DNA of 64,000 nucleotides from Marsupella aquatica (taxonomy: Eukaryota; Plantae; Marchantiophyta): the NCBI GenBank assembly GCA_973895155.1, contig OZ316896.1, positions 9,197,539-9,261,538 of the forward strand, in the 5' to 3' direction. A program made the translations under genes and the position numbers. This document shows positions 37,790-49,633 of this stretch, in pieces. Below the pieces are notes generated by a model. It did not search any database, was not told where the DNA came from, and saw only the letters and a program-made list of their open reading frames with translations. The stretch's first letter is position 1, and the number at the start of each line of letters is the position of its first letter.

Positions 37790-37960
37790 TGTGCCAGGGG
37801 ATTAGCCTTGATTCCGGAGGTCTCAGGTTCAAACCCCCTCCCCCCCCCCCCCCCCCCCCCCCCCTCCCTTCCCCTTCACACACAAAGGGTGTGGAGGGTA
37901 TGTGTGAGTGTGTGTATGGCTAGGGGGAGGTACTTCTTTCTCTTCAGCCCCTGGCTGGCG
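37790..37960 (+). mobile_element. Second, truncated copy of the tRNA-derived SINE, with an expanded poly(C) tract
   Basis: gggattagcct...aggttcaaaccc (B box 37826-37836), a ~30-nt C run, then cacacacaaagggtgtg..gtatgtgtg..gtact..tttctcttcagcccctggctggc, matching the reverse complement of 13795-13930. Confidence 0.68.
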
Positions 37961-38131
37961 GGAGCGTAATGTCTATCCTGTGTTGGATGGCTCTGCCTTT
38001 GGCTTACAAGGCGAAAAAAAGGTGTGACCCAGTCTAAAAGTAAAATCTTGGAAAGTGACCACTTAATTGTCGTCTGTCACCAAACACTAAGGTAGTGGCA
38101 ATAACATCAGAGACACTCTTTCCAACAAGAC

Positions 38132-38192
38132 TTGACTGGGTCCTAGTGGTATATATCAAGTCCAGTTCAGATGACCACTAGGACCCAGTCAA
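38132..38192. repeat. Perfect 19-bp inverted repeat with a 23-nt loop
   Basis: ttgactgggtcctagtggt (38132-38150) and accactaggacccagtcaa (38174-38192). Confidence 0.92.
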
Positions 38193-38883
38193 TTGTTCTG
38201 TCCTGACAATTATGATTCACTTTCAACTCTGGGTTGTGCAAAAGTGTGTGCACAACACGCGTTTATAAAAGTTATATAGAATAATCTATTAATGAAGAAA
38301 CACAAAACATGAAACTCAGGTTTTCCCTTGCCTACAAGCTAGAGGCAGTTTCCCTTTCAAAAAGCTACTCAACAATAATTATGGAACGTCTATGTTATTT
38401 TAGGATATAATTGCAACCTGAAGCTACTATTTGTTAGACTCTTACTCTTGGGTCTGAATCTAGAATGGGATCTAGCTAAGAGTCTTGGTGATTGCAATTA
38501 TTCAAACTATAGTCAGGTACTTGATTAAAATTAGGTGTGCCACTACGTACTATATTCACTAGAAGGAGTTTGGAGGTATTGAATAATGTGAGCAAATATA
38601 AGAAGGAACTTTTGTTACCCTCGAGAGTGTTGTTAGCAAGACACTAGTGGTTTACAATTTCTTTTGCTTTTTGCTGCCTTTAATATTTTGTGTGTTTTTT
38701 CATGAATACAGATGGCTAGCGAGTTCGCTAGCAAAAAGAGGAGTCCCAAAAATGTATGTTATCAACCAGGTTCTTGTCAGCAGGCAATTGGAGATAGAAA
38801 ACTTAGGGGTCATGTGAGGAAAAATTTTGCTCATGTGAGGAAAAATTTACTGTTTCCTCACACGTCACAATGACCCAGGAGTT

Positions 38884-39097
38884 AGGCTCATTGTTACACA
38901 ACTATCTAAACAATAGACAGTGATCTTAGTCTATGGAGATTGGTATTACTGGTGAACCTAAAACTCAGTGAAGCTCTCTTGTTTGTTCTTGTGGATGCAG
39001 CCTGTGGAGAGATGAACCACATATGGCTTGTATTGACTTCTTCCTCACTGGATATTTCACATGTGCATGTTGTCTATGAGTGGTCCATTACTCAACA
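38884..39097 (+). mobile_element. Decayed relative of the 29.7-kb LTR
   Basis: Shares colinear blocks aggctcattgttac, gtggag..tgaaccac.tat, tgt.ttgact, gtctatg and terminal ctcaaca with 29837-30030. Confidence 0.6.
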
Positions 39098-39237
39098 CTC
39101 TTCACATGTCTATGGTCTAGACTAAAACCTAGCCCCATAGACCATGACTTTGGGGACGTAGCTGAAGTTGGAAGTGCAGGTAGAGAACAGCAATTGATAA
39201 GAGGGTGAATCGGCCAAACTTGAATGTACTCACCTCT

Positions 39238-41640
39238 ATTTATGTTCAAACAATGAACACTCAAACTATTGTAAAATAAGGGCTATTAATGGTATAGTGT
39301 GAAGCAAGGACTTACCGTACTACCACCTGACTTTGGGCAATTAAAAAAAACCCCAAAAAATCGAATCACATCTCAAATATTCTTGGAGTGAGCCAAAGAA
39401 CCAAAAATATGAAGGTACTCAGCGCCAAAACTTGAAAGAGTCAACTTTCGTATTGAAAAGTAGAAAAATATAATTTCAAGAAAGTGTGGATAGTGAACAA
39501 GTGAAACTAAGACAATGTGGGGAAAAGAATAATAAATGAAAATTAAAACAATTACCCTAGATTCTTATGCATTTACAAGATATCGTACCTTCTTGCATTG
39601 ACAGCGTATAGGGTCACTTTATTAGCAAAGCCATCTTAAAATTTTAGAGCATATTAATCATTAAAAATTATTCTGACTCTTGTATGGAGAACACAAAGGT
39701 ATCAATCTGCAAAGATTTCAAAAACCACTCTCTTGCATTTAGAATAACTTTAGCAATCTAAAAATATTATTAAAATCTTCTCTTACATTAAACCTATGGG
39801 TAAACATTCTTAACCCAAGTCATACTTCATTTGAAAACAAAGAATCTCAAAAAGCCTCCTCAAATAAAGCTTGAGTGCATTAATAAGTTTAATAATACGC
39901 CAACTTTCCATGACATATCTTTGACCAGGGGCCTCCAGAAATGATGTAAATTTAGCGATTTTTGTGTCATTTTACTCTACTTAAGACAGCCCCTGATGAC
40001 GGAATGTGTGAATTGGTGGAATAGGAATTACTTCTATGGGTTTGCTCAAAAAACAATTTGTTGACAAAGACCCAAAATATGTTTATGATGAGTGAAGGTT
40101 GGGAAACAAAAAAAAACCCAAATGCGCGCTCAGCCAACACAATTTTTTTGACACTTGGCTCACTTGAGGTGAGCGTAGTCAAATGGCAGTATGGTACATG
40201 TACTCACCTTTATTTATGTTCAAAGAATAGGCACTCAAGAATATAATACAAGCATGAAGAGAAGCGAGAATAAGGGCTTGGTATAGTGTGAAGCTGAGTA
40301 AAGCATCTATTGTAGACTGTGACTTTAGCTAGGATGGCGGCAGGGAACTATTATCAGGTGGGGGTAGAAATGGATCTCAGTAAATGTTTTTGTTCTCACC
40401 AGTTATTGATTGTTGTTATCCAAAAGACGGGTCATCAACCTAGCTAGTAGAATGTATGACGAATCCCACCTGACCTGCTCTATTACAGTCTATATTTTGA
40501 CGCTACTCTATGGTGAATCCTTCTTTCAGTATTTTGTCTTATTTGTATATCTTTATTTCAATCTCATCATTTGTATTATTTAGATACACTTGGAGTGTCT
40601 AATGTGAGATCATGCTACCTATAGGAGATTGAAGTTGCCATGACTAAGATGGCAAGCCCCAGTAACCTGATTGGGAAAACCCACCCCAAATCCGATCATG
40701 ATGAACCATGAGCATCCTACAATTAGCAAGTCCAATTCAAGCGACCTACTACAGCCAACACCTTTTTACTATCTTGTCCCCCAACCTTAGCTAAATACTA
40801 TCCTATCTTCAAAAATATTTTTATTGCTAAGTTGCCCCCCATTTTGTATATATGAGTTACTTTCACCATTTTGGTTAACTACACATGATTTCTCATTGGT
40901 GGGCTGACACATGGTGAGGCGCTATTGGCTCCACCTTACCCTGGCCAAGTTTACCCCACCTGGTTGGTTCTTTCCCATTTTTTGGACAAGCCCTACACCA
41001 ACAAGGCTGGCCCCCTCCCTCTCTCAAGTTTCAATCCCAACCCTGACTACCTGGCTGGCTGGATAGTAAAAAGCTGTAGCCACCAACCCCATCTTATGTA
41101 TTGTAAATGAAGTTGATCACATTTCCTGGCATGATATTCCGATAGATTGAGGCATCCAATCCAACTGAAACATAACACTACGTACTCCTCTGAGTTTTGC
41201 AAGAGCCATCCCGGACAGAAACCGCACTTGGGGGTGTCTGCTGTGTCCACGAGATCATGCTACGTATTGACAGAAGATTGACGTTGCGATGATTAAGATG
41301 ACAAGACCCAGCAACCTCATTGGCAAAACCACCCCAAAACTGATTGTCATGATGAACCCCATGAGCATCACCAAGTTCTGGGCGACAACAGCATTGCAAT
41401 AGATCGATCCAAGAGAGATATCCAAGCAGAGCAAGAACACCGGCAGATAAACATGGATGAACGGCAGCCAATCCCGCTAGATATGAAGAGGAGGTGAGTA
41501 CGTAGCTGTAAGACTTGGTGATCGATCAGACACAGTCAAATCTTTCTCTTTCCTGTCACTTGGCCACAATCTTATTTAAGTAGGGAAGAATTTTGGCAGG
41601 AAACTGTCCATTGAAGTGACCCCAGGAATTCACAAACGCA
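39238..41640 (+). repeat. Copy 1 of a ~2.3-kb direct (segmental) repeat
   Basis: Colinear and highly similar to 49634-51875. Contains ~260 bp (about 40250-40510) missing from copy 2, plus internal sub-duplications (39225~40197; 40607~41251). Confidence 0.95.
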
Positions 41641-41895
41641 TGATGTCGGCTGATTGCAACTAGTAAGCATCATCATTGGAATGTACATGATCATTTAGCT
41701 TCACAACTCACACATTGGACCAATTTAATGAGGCACATGAACCGGACACGAACCTGATTTCAAACATCATACAGGCATCACTACTGAAAATAAAACCTTG
41801 AAGCCCAAACTTGTGAAAAGAAATTGTGAGCACAGGGAAAATTGGACACATTGTGTTGCAGAGTGTGAGGCAGCAGACTGGCACAAGACTTAGTA

Positions 41896-42770
41896 CAGTG
41901 AACTCTGGATAAGCTCACACTCAATAAACACTTACCCTTGATTAGTGCATGCCATCATGTTCTTCCCCTTTTTTCTACACGGGATAAGCCATGTTTAAGC
42001 GTTTTTTCTAAGCGCACATAGGGCTAAAATCATTTTGCTAAACGACAACTTTATAAGCGCTTACCTTGGATAAGTGATTGAATGCGCTTATATGTAAATG
42101 CATAAACTCCATAAATGTCATTTACCGATAAATGCATGCCCATTATTAGTAGAGTACATAATGCACTTAAGGAGTTTTTTGGCTTGATCTGGATGGCGAA
42201 TGCTTTGGCCAGCTTCATAGGTGGAAGACATTGAAAGGGACTTTTAGTCTAGATGGCAGAGGGACCTATATTGCAGTGAAATACAATGCTGAGACAGTGG
42301 AGGGCGAAGTAGACCAGGCAGGAAGCTCCTTAGTTGAAGGGGACTGCTCAGTCCAACTGCCGTGGTACTGAAGAAGTTGTGTAGGCTCAGTGTAGGAACT
42401 GTAGTCCACTTTTGTTTTTACTATGCATTGGACACAAAATGTTATCATTTTGAAATAAAGTTTGTTTTCATGGAATCTTGGTATGATCTGGGTATATTGT
42501 AGTATTTACAATGTGCATGGTGAGTTTTGGAGTCCATATCATTGTTCATTCACTTGGTAATGCTCAATCTACCATTGCCCACACAACTTGGTCTCAAATA
42601 CCTGGAAACCCTGGATAATTACACATTTAACAAAGGACCCCAAAATTAATCACACTATCTATTAGTACAGCACTTTTTGCGGGATGTGCGCTTATCAAGT
42701 CGTGCAACACCTGGTTTAGTGCATGCCAGATCTGTCTTCCCCAAAGGGTGCACTTATCCAGAGTTTACTG
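41896..42770. mobile_element. Non-autonomous Tc1/mariner (pogo/Tigger-like) DNA transposon, 875 bp
   Basis: TA|CAGTGAACTCTGGATAAG ... CTTATCCAGAGTTTACTG|TA, i.e. 17/18 matching TIR with TA TSD. Subterminal ttagtgcatgcca...tcttcccc occurs near both ends. No transposase ORF. Confidence 0.88.
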
Positions 42771-43744
42771 TACTTGTGCTTTGTTACTATGTGTCGGGAT
42801 TATCTTGCGACAGTTGAGTTGTCTTCCAAAACATTTGGCATTTTGGCCCAGACTGGACAATATTTACTTTTCTACTAAACCTACAATACTTGAATCATGA
42901 AAGTGCAGCACATTTTTTCACTACTGTGTAGTATTGGAGACGGTTCAATGGAAAGCAATGTTTGCCCTCTCTGAAGAATGGATTCAGCTTTACAAGACAG
43001 TGGGGGCCCTTCAGTCTCTTTCCATCCAGAGCAAAGCTGGTGGCCATTTCCTTCCTCAAAAGTTAAAATGCCTTAGCCAAAATGTGTCAAGTTTGGAAGT
43101 AATCAATGCAATTCCCTGAATCAGCACACATCAGCAAAAGAAGGGACCCACAAGGGGCCCACTGAAAGATGAGTAGGTTTTGGTAATGCTTTTGCTTGAT
43201 TGTGCCCCAAGTTCACGTAAAGTTAAGTGTGACCAGTTCCCACATATGTATAGCTAGGATTGTATCTCTCACTTAGAAAAAAGAAGGAATTGCTGCCTCC
43301 AAGTTCTTGTAAAGCCACCCTTAATAGGAACACATTGACTGAGAGATGGTTGCGTTTGGTGACTTGGTCACCCATTCAATCGTCAATTTTGGTGACACTG
43401 GGCAGCCAGGCAGATGCATGGCTGTTCAGCAAGTGGACCACCTGAAATCTATAGTTATGATAAACTCGTTAAGGTAGTCAGGGTGATTTTATTTTTTAGA
43501 GCTTTAGGCTGCTGCCACGTTAGCGCAAAAGACTTTGATTATATCTCATTAAAAATAACTGTATATTTATAGGGTCTGTGATCTGACTGCTTTTTGTCCT
43601 GAGATAGATGGGTACACGGAATGTTTGGGACAGCAATTACAAATTCAAAATCCAGGTAAACTGAGTCTTGTAATTAAAAATGAAAATACTCAAAGAACTT
43701 TGATATGTCCCCATTTCTTACCTTAACAAACAAATAAAAACCTA

Positions 43745-43849
43745 GGCTAATCCATTAATGGGATAAACAGTCTCCCATATATAAGGTCTCCTCAACATAG
43801 GCGGGTCGACCATATATAGGGTAACCTTTATATCCCATTAAGGGATAGC
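43745..43849. mobile_element. ~105-bp palindromic MITE-like element
   Basis: ggctaatccattaatgggata ... tatcccattaagggatagcc, with inner cc.atatata pairing. Confidence 0.6.
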
Positions 43850-45414
43850 CCTGGCCCTTAACAGTATACCTGATGGTACAGTCTGTATCGTCTGCCTACC
43901 TCACGTAAAAGTTTGTCTCCGCGATCTTATTATGGGGGAAACGAGGGGGAAATTGTGTATTGTGACATCATCGATTCTGACCGCTGATTGTCCAATCTAA
44001 AGTGGATCACTGCAGCACTGATGGCAGGCGACCCTCATCTAGTCTACAAGCTAGACCCGTAATTGCACATCAAAGCTCCTCTAGTCTACAAGGTGTCAAT
44101 TCACACGTCCCAGTAATTGCGCATGAAAATGTGTCAGTGTCATTCCATAATATGATAAACCCAATTGTTTTGCTTTATAAATCAATTGGTAAATCACTGA
44201 TTCTAAATGCATCGGTGTCAGATTTTGATCTGCAATTACCGGGATGCTTCAGGAGCAGAGTAGAAGAGTCAACACAGACTAGGCCCTCCACGAACTCAAA
44301 GTAGATTCCGTCATTCCCATTCCAAATTGAGTTCGTGACAAATTCTACAGAACTGTGCAGTGCGACTGGTCTCAGGATCCATCCGTAGCGGGGCAACAGA
44401 TACTCGGGGGATTTGAGATCTGCTTTTCCCCGGAAATTTGAGGGCCCAAAATTTTGATGGCTGTCCACACGCAAGTTGGCTCTAATTCTCAGAAAGTTAT
44501 TTCGGCGGGGTGATATGACCGGCATTTCTCATGCACGAGCTGAATGGAGCTGGAGAGGTGGCAGTGTGCTCTGGGCAGCCAAGTCAGCTCTCCTGCTCTC
44601 TCGCCTATTGCTCAACGCCCGCCTCGCTCTTGGGGTTTAAAATGGAGCACGGCGTTCTACAGCTGCCCATATCTACTGACCATAGCTCACGGAGGCGTCT
44701 ATCAACATCCTATCCAGTGAGTCGTTCCCTTCACAGGGGCATAACATTGCGGTAGATGCAATGTCGAACGCCAAAAAATTGTGCGACGGGATTGGTCTGT
44801 CAATGGCCGCGTCTCGCTCCTTCTCTCGTTGTGGGACTCCGTTGGCATAGGCGCGGAATCATAGAGGTATGATGCTTTCCATCGTTTGGCGGAAAGCAAC
44901 GGTGATCTGAAAAGTGCAAACGAATGATGCACTCCGCAGGCCACATTGCCTAAAGATTGGGACAGAGGAGCTACTTACACCTTGAAGCATTGATTGATTG
45001 AGAAGAATGCTCCCTCCTTACGTCGGGATCCTGCAAGCTAACTCGGCTTCGGTGGGTGTCAGGGAGGCGTCTAAGGTTGTCACAACATGCTTCCTCTGTA
45101 CTTGGAGACAGCATGATCCTGCCTTCTAGACTTACAATGTCTCGTTGTGTATGGGTGTTTGCATCTAGCCGGCTAACAACTAACGAATGTATTGCTTGTG
45201 TATCTAGGCACCAGCGAGGATCACACATCATTGAGTTCACCGATCTTTGCGATTAGTAAGAACGATTGTTGGTAGTCCATCATAGTGGATAGGGCAGCAC
45301 CACTTGGCGAAGGATTTCTACACGGTAACACCAAAGAAGGTGATACATTCCCGAGTCTCACGTACGTCAGTTGTGCAAGCTTCAGCTCTACTCCAGCCAC
45401 TACTCATCTTCAAA

Positions 45415-47536
45415 ATGGCAAAATGTTTGCGTTGCGTTAATTTTTGCAACGACTTACTTCAAAATAATTTCTGCGCAACAAAATTTCAGTATAGCAAGCA
45501 CCTCATATGACTGTTCATCCAACGTCATCTGCCTTGGCAGCGCCCACGTGTACAATCAGATTAGCAAAAGAATACAGGTGGGAAGGCTGTCACTAGTACC
45601 AGAACCAAGCATTCAAAGTACCTCAGGAATTGCATACTACAACCAGTCAGTAAAATTGCTGGACCTGGCAACTCGCCAGTCAGCATCCTTCAACACTACC
45701 TTCACCGTAGACGCAGTCTTGGTCAACAACAGCGGAAGGTATTACCCTGGAGATGGGATGGCCTTTGTGATCAGTGCCGATAACTCAGGATTTGGCACTG
45801 CGGGGGGTGAATTGGGTTTTTTCGACGTAGATGGGAAAACAACCTTCAAATCCATTGCAGTGGAGTTTGATACATTCTTGAATCCAACATTTCCTCAAAA
45901 TGACATCAGTTGGAACCATGTGAGCTTTGACTTCCATCATATTACATGGTCGGCTGCAGCAAATTCCTCGGATGTCAACATGACCTTGGGTGACGATCAT
46001 GCATTTTATGCTTGGGTGGAATATAGCAGTGCGACGATGCAACTTGAGTTGAGAGTCAGTTACAGTAACCGCAGGCCAATCAGCCCACTCTTGAACTATA
46101 CAGTAAATCTGTCCGATGTTGTTGAGGAATACATGTGGGTGGGCTTCTCGAGTGGCGCAGGGACGTATTATAGCAATTTCTACATCGGGGATTGGAAGTT
46201 TGAATCTTATGGGATACCTGCATCAAGCCCGGCATCAAGCCCGGCATCAAGTGCAGGTCCAATCGGGGCTAAATCAGGTGGAGGTAAACAGGGAAGTAAA
46301 CTGGGCATTATCGTGGGAATCTCGGTGGGTATCCCCATTCTTCTTCTTACTACCATTCTCGGAGCGCTCTACGTGTGGAAGAGGTCTGCTGGTAAAGACC
46401 ATGTAGGCTGGTCGACGTCGATCGAAGAGGATCCCATGATGAATTTTGCGGGAATGCCCAAGCAATTCAGCTACAAGCAACTGAGTGTGGCCACAGGAGC
46501 CTTCCGTGAGCAGTCAAAACTAGGGCAAGGAGGGTTCGGAAGTGTGTATCAGGGAGTGTTGCCTTCCTCGGGAATTCCAGTAGCAGTGAAAAAAATCAGC
46601 AGTAACTCTACTCAGGGTGAAAAAGAGTTCATGTCGGAAGTTTCCATCATCAGTCAGCTCAGACATCGGAATCTGATCCAAATCCTGGGTTGGTGTAAAG
46701 ATAGGTCTAAAGCGAAATATCTGATTGTATACGAGCTAATGCCGAATGGAAGTCTAGACAAGGCATTGTTTGGGCCAGCTGAAAGCCAAACCGCTACCCT
46801 GTCTTGGAAGCAGAGGTTCAATATCGTGACCGGAATTGCAGCTGCTTTGGACTATTTGCACCAGGGATGGAAAAGGCAAATCATACACAGGGATGTGAAG
46901 TCTTCGAATGTCATGCTCGACGAGGACTGGAATTCAAAGTTAGGAGATTTTGGTCTTGCTCGTCTGGTGGATCACCAACAGGAAGCAGCCACAACTTTAA
47001 TGGCAGGAACCTACGGCTACATCGCCCCAGAGGTAGCCGCTTCTGGGAAGTTCACAGATAAAACGGATGTTTTTGCCTTTGGTGCAGTCGTCTTAGAGGT
47101 TGCATGTGGACGGAAGGCTTTGGCTGCCTATCTCCCAGAAGACGAAATGATTCTAGTAGATTGGGTATGGCATCAGCTTAGTGTGGGTGAGCTGATGAGT
47201 ACAGTGGATAAACGACTAGAAGACTACGACGCCTACTGGATGGAAGTGATGTTGACCATTGGATTACTATGCTCTCATCCTATCCCTGCTAATCGACCTT
47301 CTATGCGGCATGTTGTCCAAGTGCTCGCTGGAGATGCTCCGGTGCCTTCAATCGAAGAGACCAAGCCTGATCCTGCAATCGGTACAGACAAAATATATCG
47401 TACCTTTGGCTCAAAATATGCGAGGACTTCTAACTCTCGATCAGGGTCGACGTCGCTGCCATCTACGAACGCATCTGCTGGAGCTCAAGGATCCAATATG
47501 ATGTCGTTTGAGACTTCGTCGAATTCTAACTCTTGA
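45415..47536 (+). CDS. L-type (legume) lectin receptor-like kinase, intronless; start codon out of frame as assembled
   Basis: Lectin motifs ASFNTTF, GDGMAFVIS, IAVEFDTF.N, AWVEYS, MWVGFSS and WKF. PASS x3 linker and transmembrane LGIIVGISVGIPILLLTTILGALYVW. RD kinase has GQGGFGSVY, VAVKK, HRDVKSSN, DFGLARL and GTYGYIAPE. The frame is open from 45344, but its first in-frame ATG is inside the lectin domain. Confidence 0.92.
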
Positions 47537-48009
47537 TTGCATTTGCTCCGGAGATCAATTCACTAGCAGTTTGGGGGGCCACTTTGCTACTGTAGCTTAA
47601 TTCAGACGGCACTGAGTGATGAAAACTGTCCTTAGTTGCGATGATCCGAATAGATATCGATGTAATGCTCGAGCTCGAACTTGAGACACGAATCAAAACC
47701 TACAGTAGATGCCAGGGAGCCGAATCCACTCAAAAATTCCAATTGCTGCCTGACGCCACCACCTCGACCATTTAAAGCAGAAGGAGAGATTGGAAGTGTC
47801 TGTTTAGAGCGTTTAGATACTGACACTAATTGGGGGTTTAATCTAGTAGCTGTGCCCACATAGAAATGATTTGATACTGAATTTTTCAATTCTAATATCC
47901 ATAGCTCGTTAACCTTACAGACACGTAAGGCTAAGAGCTGGTTTGGATCTCTAACCTTCTGTTAGATCATCGAAGTGTGTTAGGACTACTTACAATTGCA
48001 AACTCAGCT

Positions 48010-49580
48010 GTGTCTTACTGCACAAATCTGTTTTTCACCCTGCTGAGCCTTGTCATTACACAGAAGTGACGTGTTCCTCACAACAGTTCCAACGTTGCTG
48101 CTGAAGGGAAGCATCTTGAGGTTGCTGAACAAGTAATGGAGATGGTATTTCATATATCAAAGACTGTTCACATTTTGCAGAATGTTGAGTGGCATCATTA
48201 CTAATTTAAAATTGAATGACATGTGATTGAACTGAGCCTCTTCTAGGTCATCACTTTCACTATACTCTAGTGAAGTTTCATCAAGGTCAAAATTCACAGC
48301 AGATTCAACCAGTTTCAAATATATCTGTTTAGACTGCTCTATTTCCAAGACAGCCTTGGATTTCTCACTAGCCTCCTTGTTTCTGAGTGCAAGGTGGGCT
48401 AGGTGTCCAACACCTCGAAAATCCTTGGAGAATTCATCTTCCAAAGTTCTCTGTAGATCTCTCAGCATCATTGTTCTCATCCCAGGTGGCAACAGAAGCC
48501 ATGGGTGTGAGAACTGGTTCCTACCCTGTCTCTTATAAGCAAAGTTAGACCACTAAAAAACTGTATTAGTAAAATGTTTTTCCTCTTTCATTTCATCCAT
48601 GTACATGATTTCAAACTTCATGGCTGCCCAGCAGCGGGTTGAGGAAGGAAGGGCGTTGTACCTGTTCCAGACAGATCATGAAGCAGGTCCTCCATTCGGT
48701 ACTCGTGGCCATCAATTTCATTCATTTCTTCGTTACAATTGGTGACACTGTCTGTTCAATCAAATGCAAGCCTGGCCAGGACTAGTTGGAACATCAATGT
48801 CAATGGCATTACTTACACAGTTTTCTTCCAATGATTCCACCCCTTCTTCTACAACAGCCATGAAGAGGGGCTTGGACAGCTCAAGTACATGTCTAATCTG
48901 ATTAGAATGACTTTCATCAAGGGAGTCCTTTAGGGCATCCAGAGCGTTCACCAGCTGCAACAGAGCAAAGGCAAACACAGCAAAAGACATTGATTCTGTC
49001 CTGAGCTTGACCTTGGAAATAGAACATTCCAGGTCCTCTGCAGCCTTCCTCACAAGAGGAGTTAATGGTAAGGACGATACTCCTATAATCATGCATAGCA
49101 GCTTCAGACTTCAAAACCTTTGAAAATCCTTCTTCCAGAAGTTTGATGGCCTCACAACACACTACAGTTTGAGACATCACTATCTCATTCCGTAGAACAC
49201 ATTTCTCCCAAGGCAGTTTGCTCTCTGCTGAATTGTCATCCAGTTCGCTAATCCCAAGCATTTGGGCAATGAGTAGACATGGCCTATCTTCAACAACAGA
49301 GTCTGAAATACATCTCTCGTTTTAAGAGAAACACCTGACTCTCTCGTCTGCAGGCTCTTGAATTTCTGGCAATTCCTTCAACAAAGAGGATTCTTCACAT
49401 GTAGAATCAGAAAAAGCCAAAGGATGTGGAGCATTAACTTTTTACCACATTTGCTAGGAATGATGAGAATCTCTGTCCATTTGCGGTAGTTTAGTTTCTA
49501 TTTCTTGGTTTTTAGGGGTTTCCTTTTCCTCACTTCTTTTGCGTTTGGTTTTGTCCACTTGGGACCTCTTTTGTTTATTC
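48010..49580 (-). pseudogene. Decayed ORF of unknown family (host or TE-derived)
   Basis: Colinear minus-strand protein-like segments 49261-48917, 49092-48760 and 48492-48157 are joined by a frameshift and isolated stops. E/S/L-rich; no motif recognised. Confidence 0.5.
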
Positions 49581-49633
49581 TTTTGTACTCTATTTGACAC
49601 TATTAAGTAAAAAGTTTGTATATTTCTATTTTG

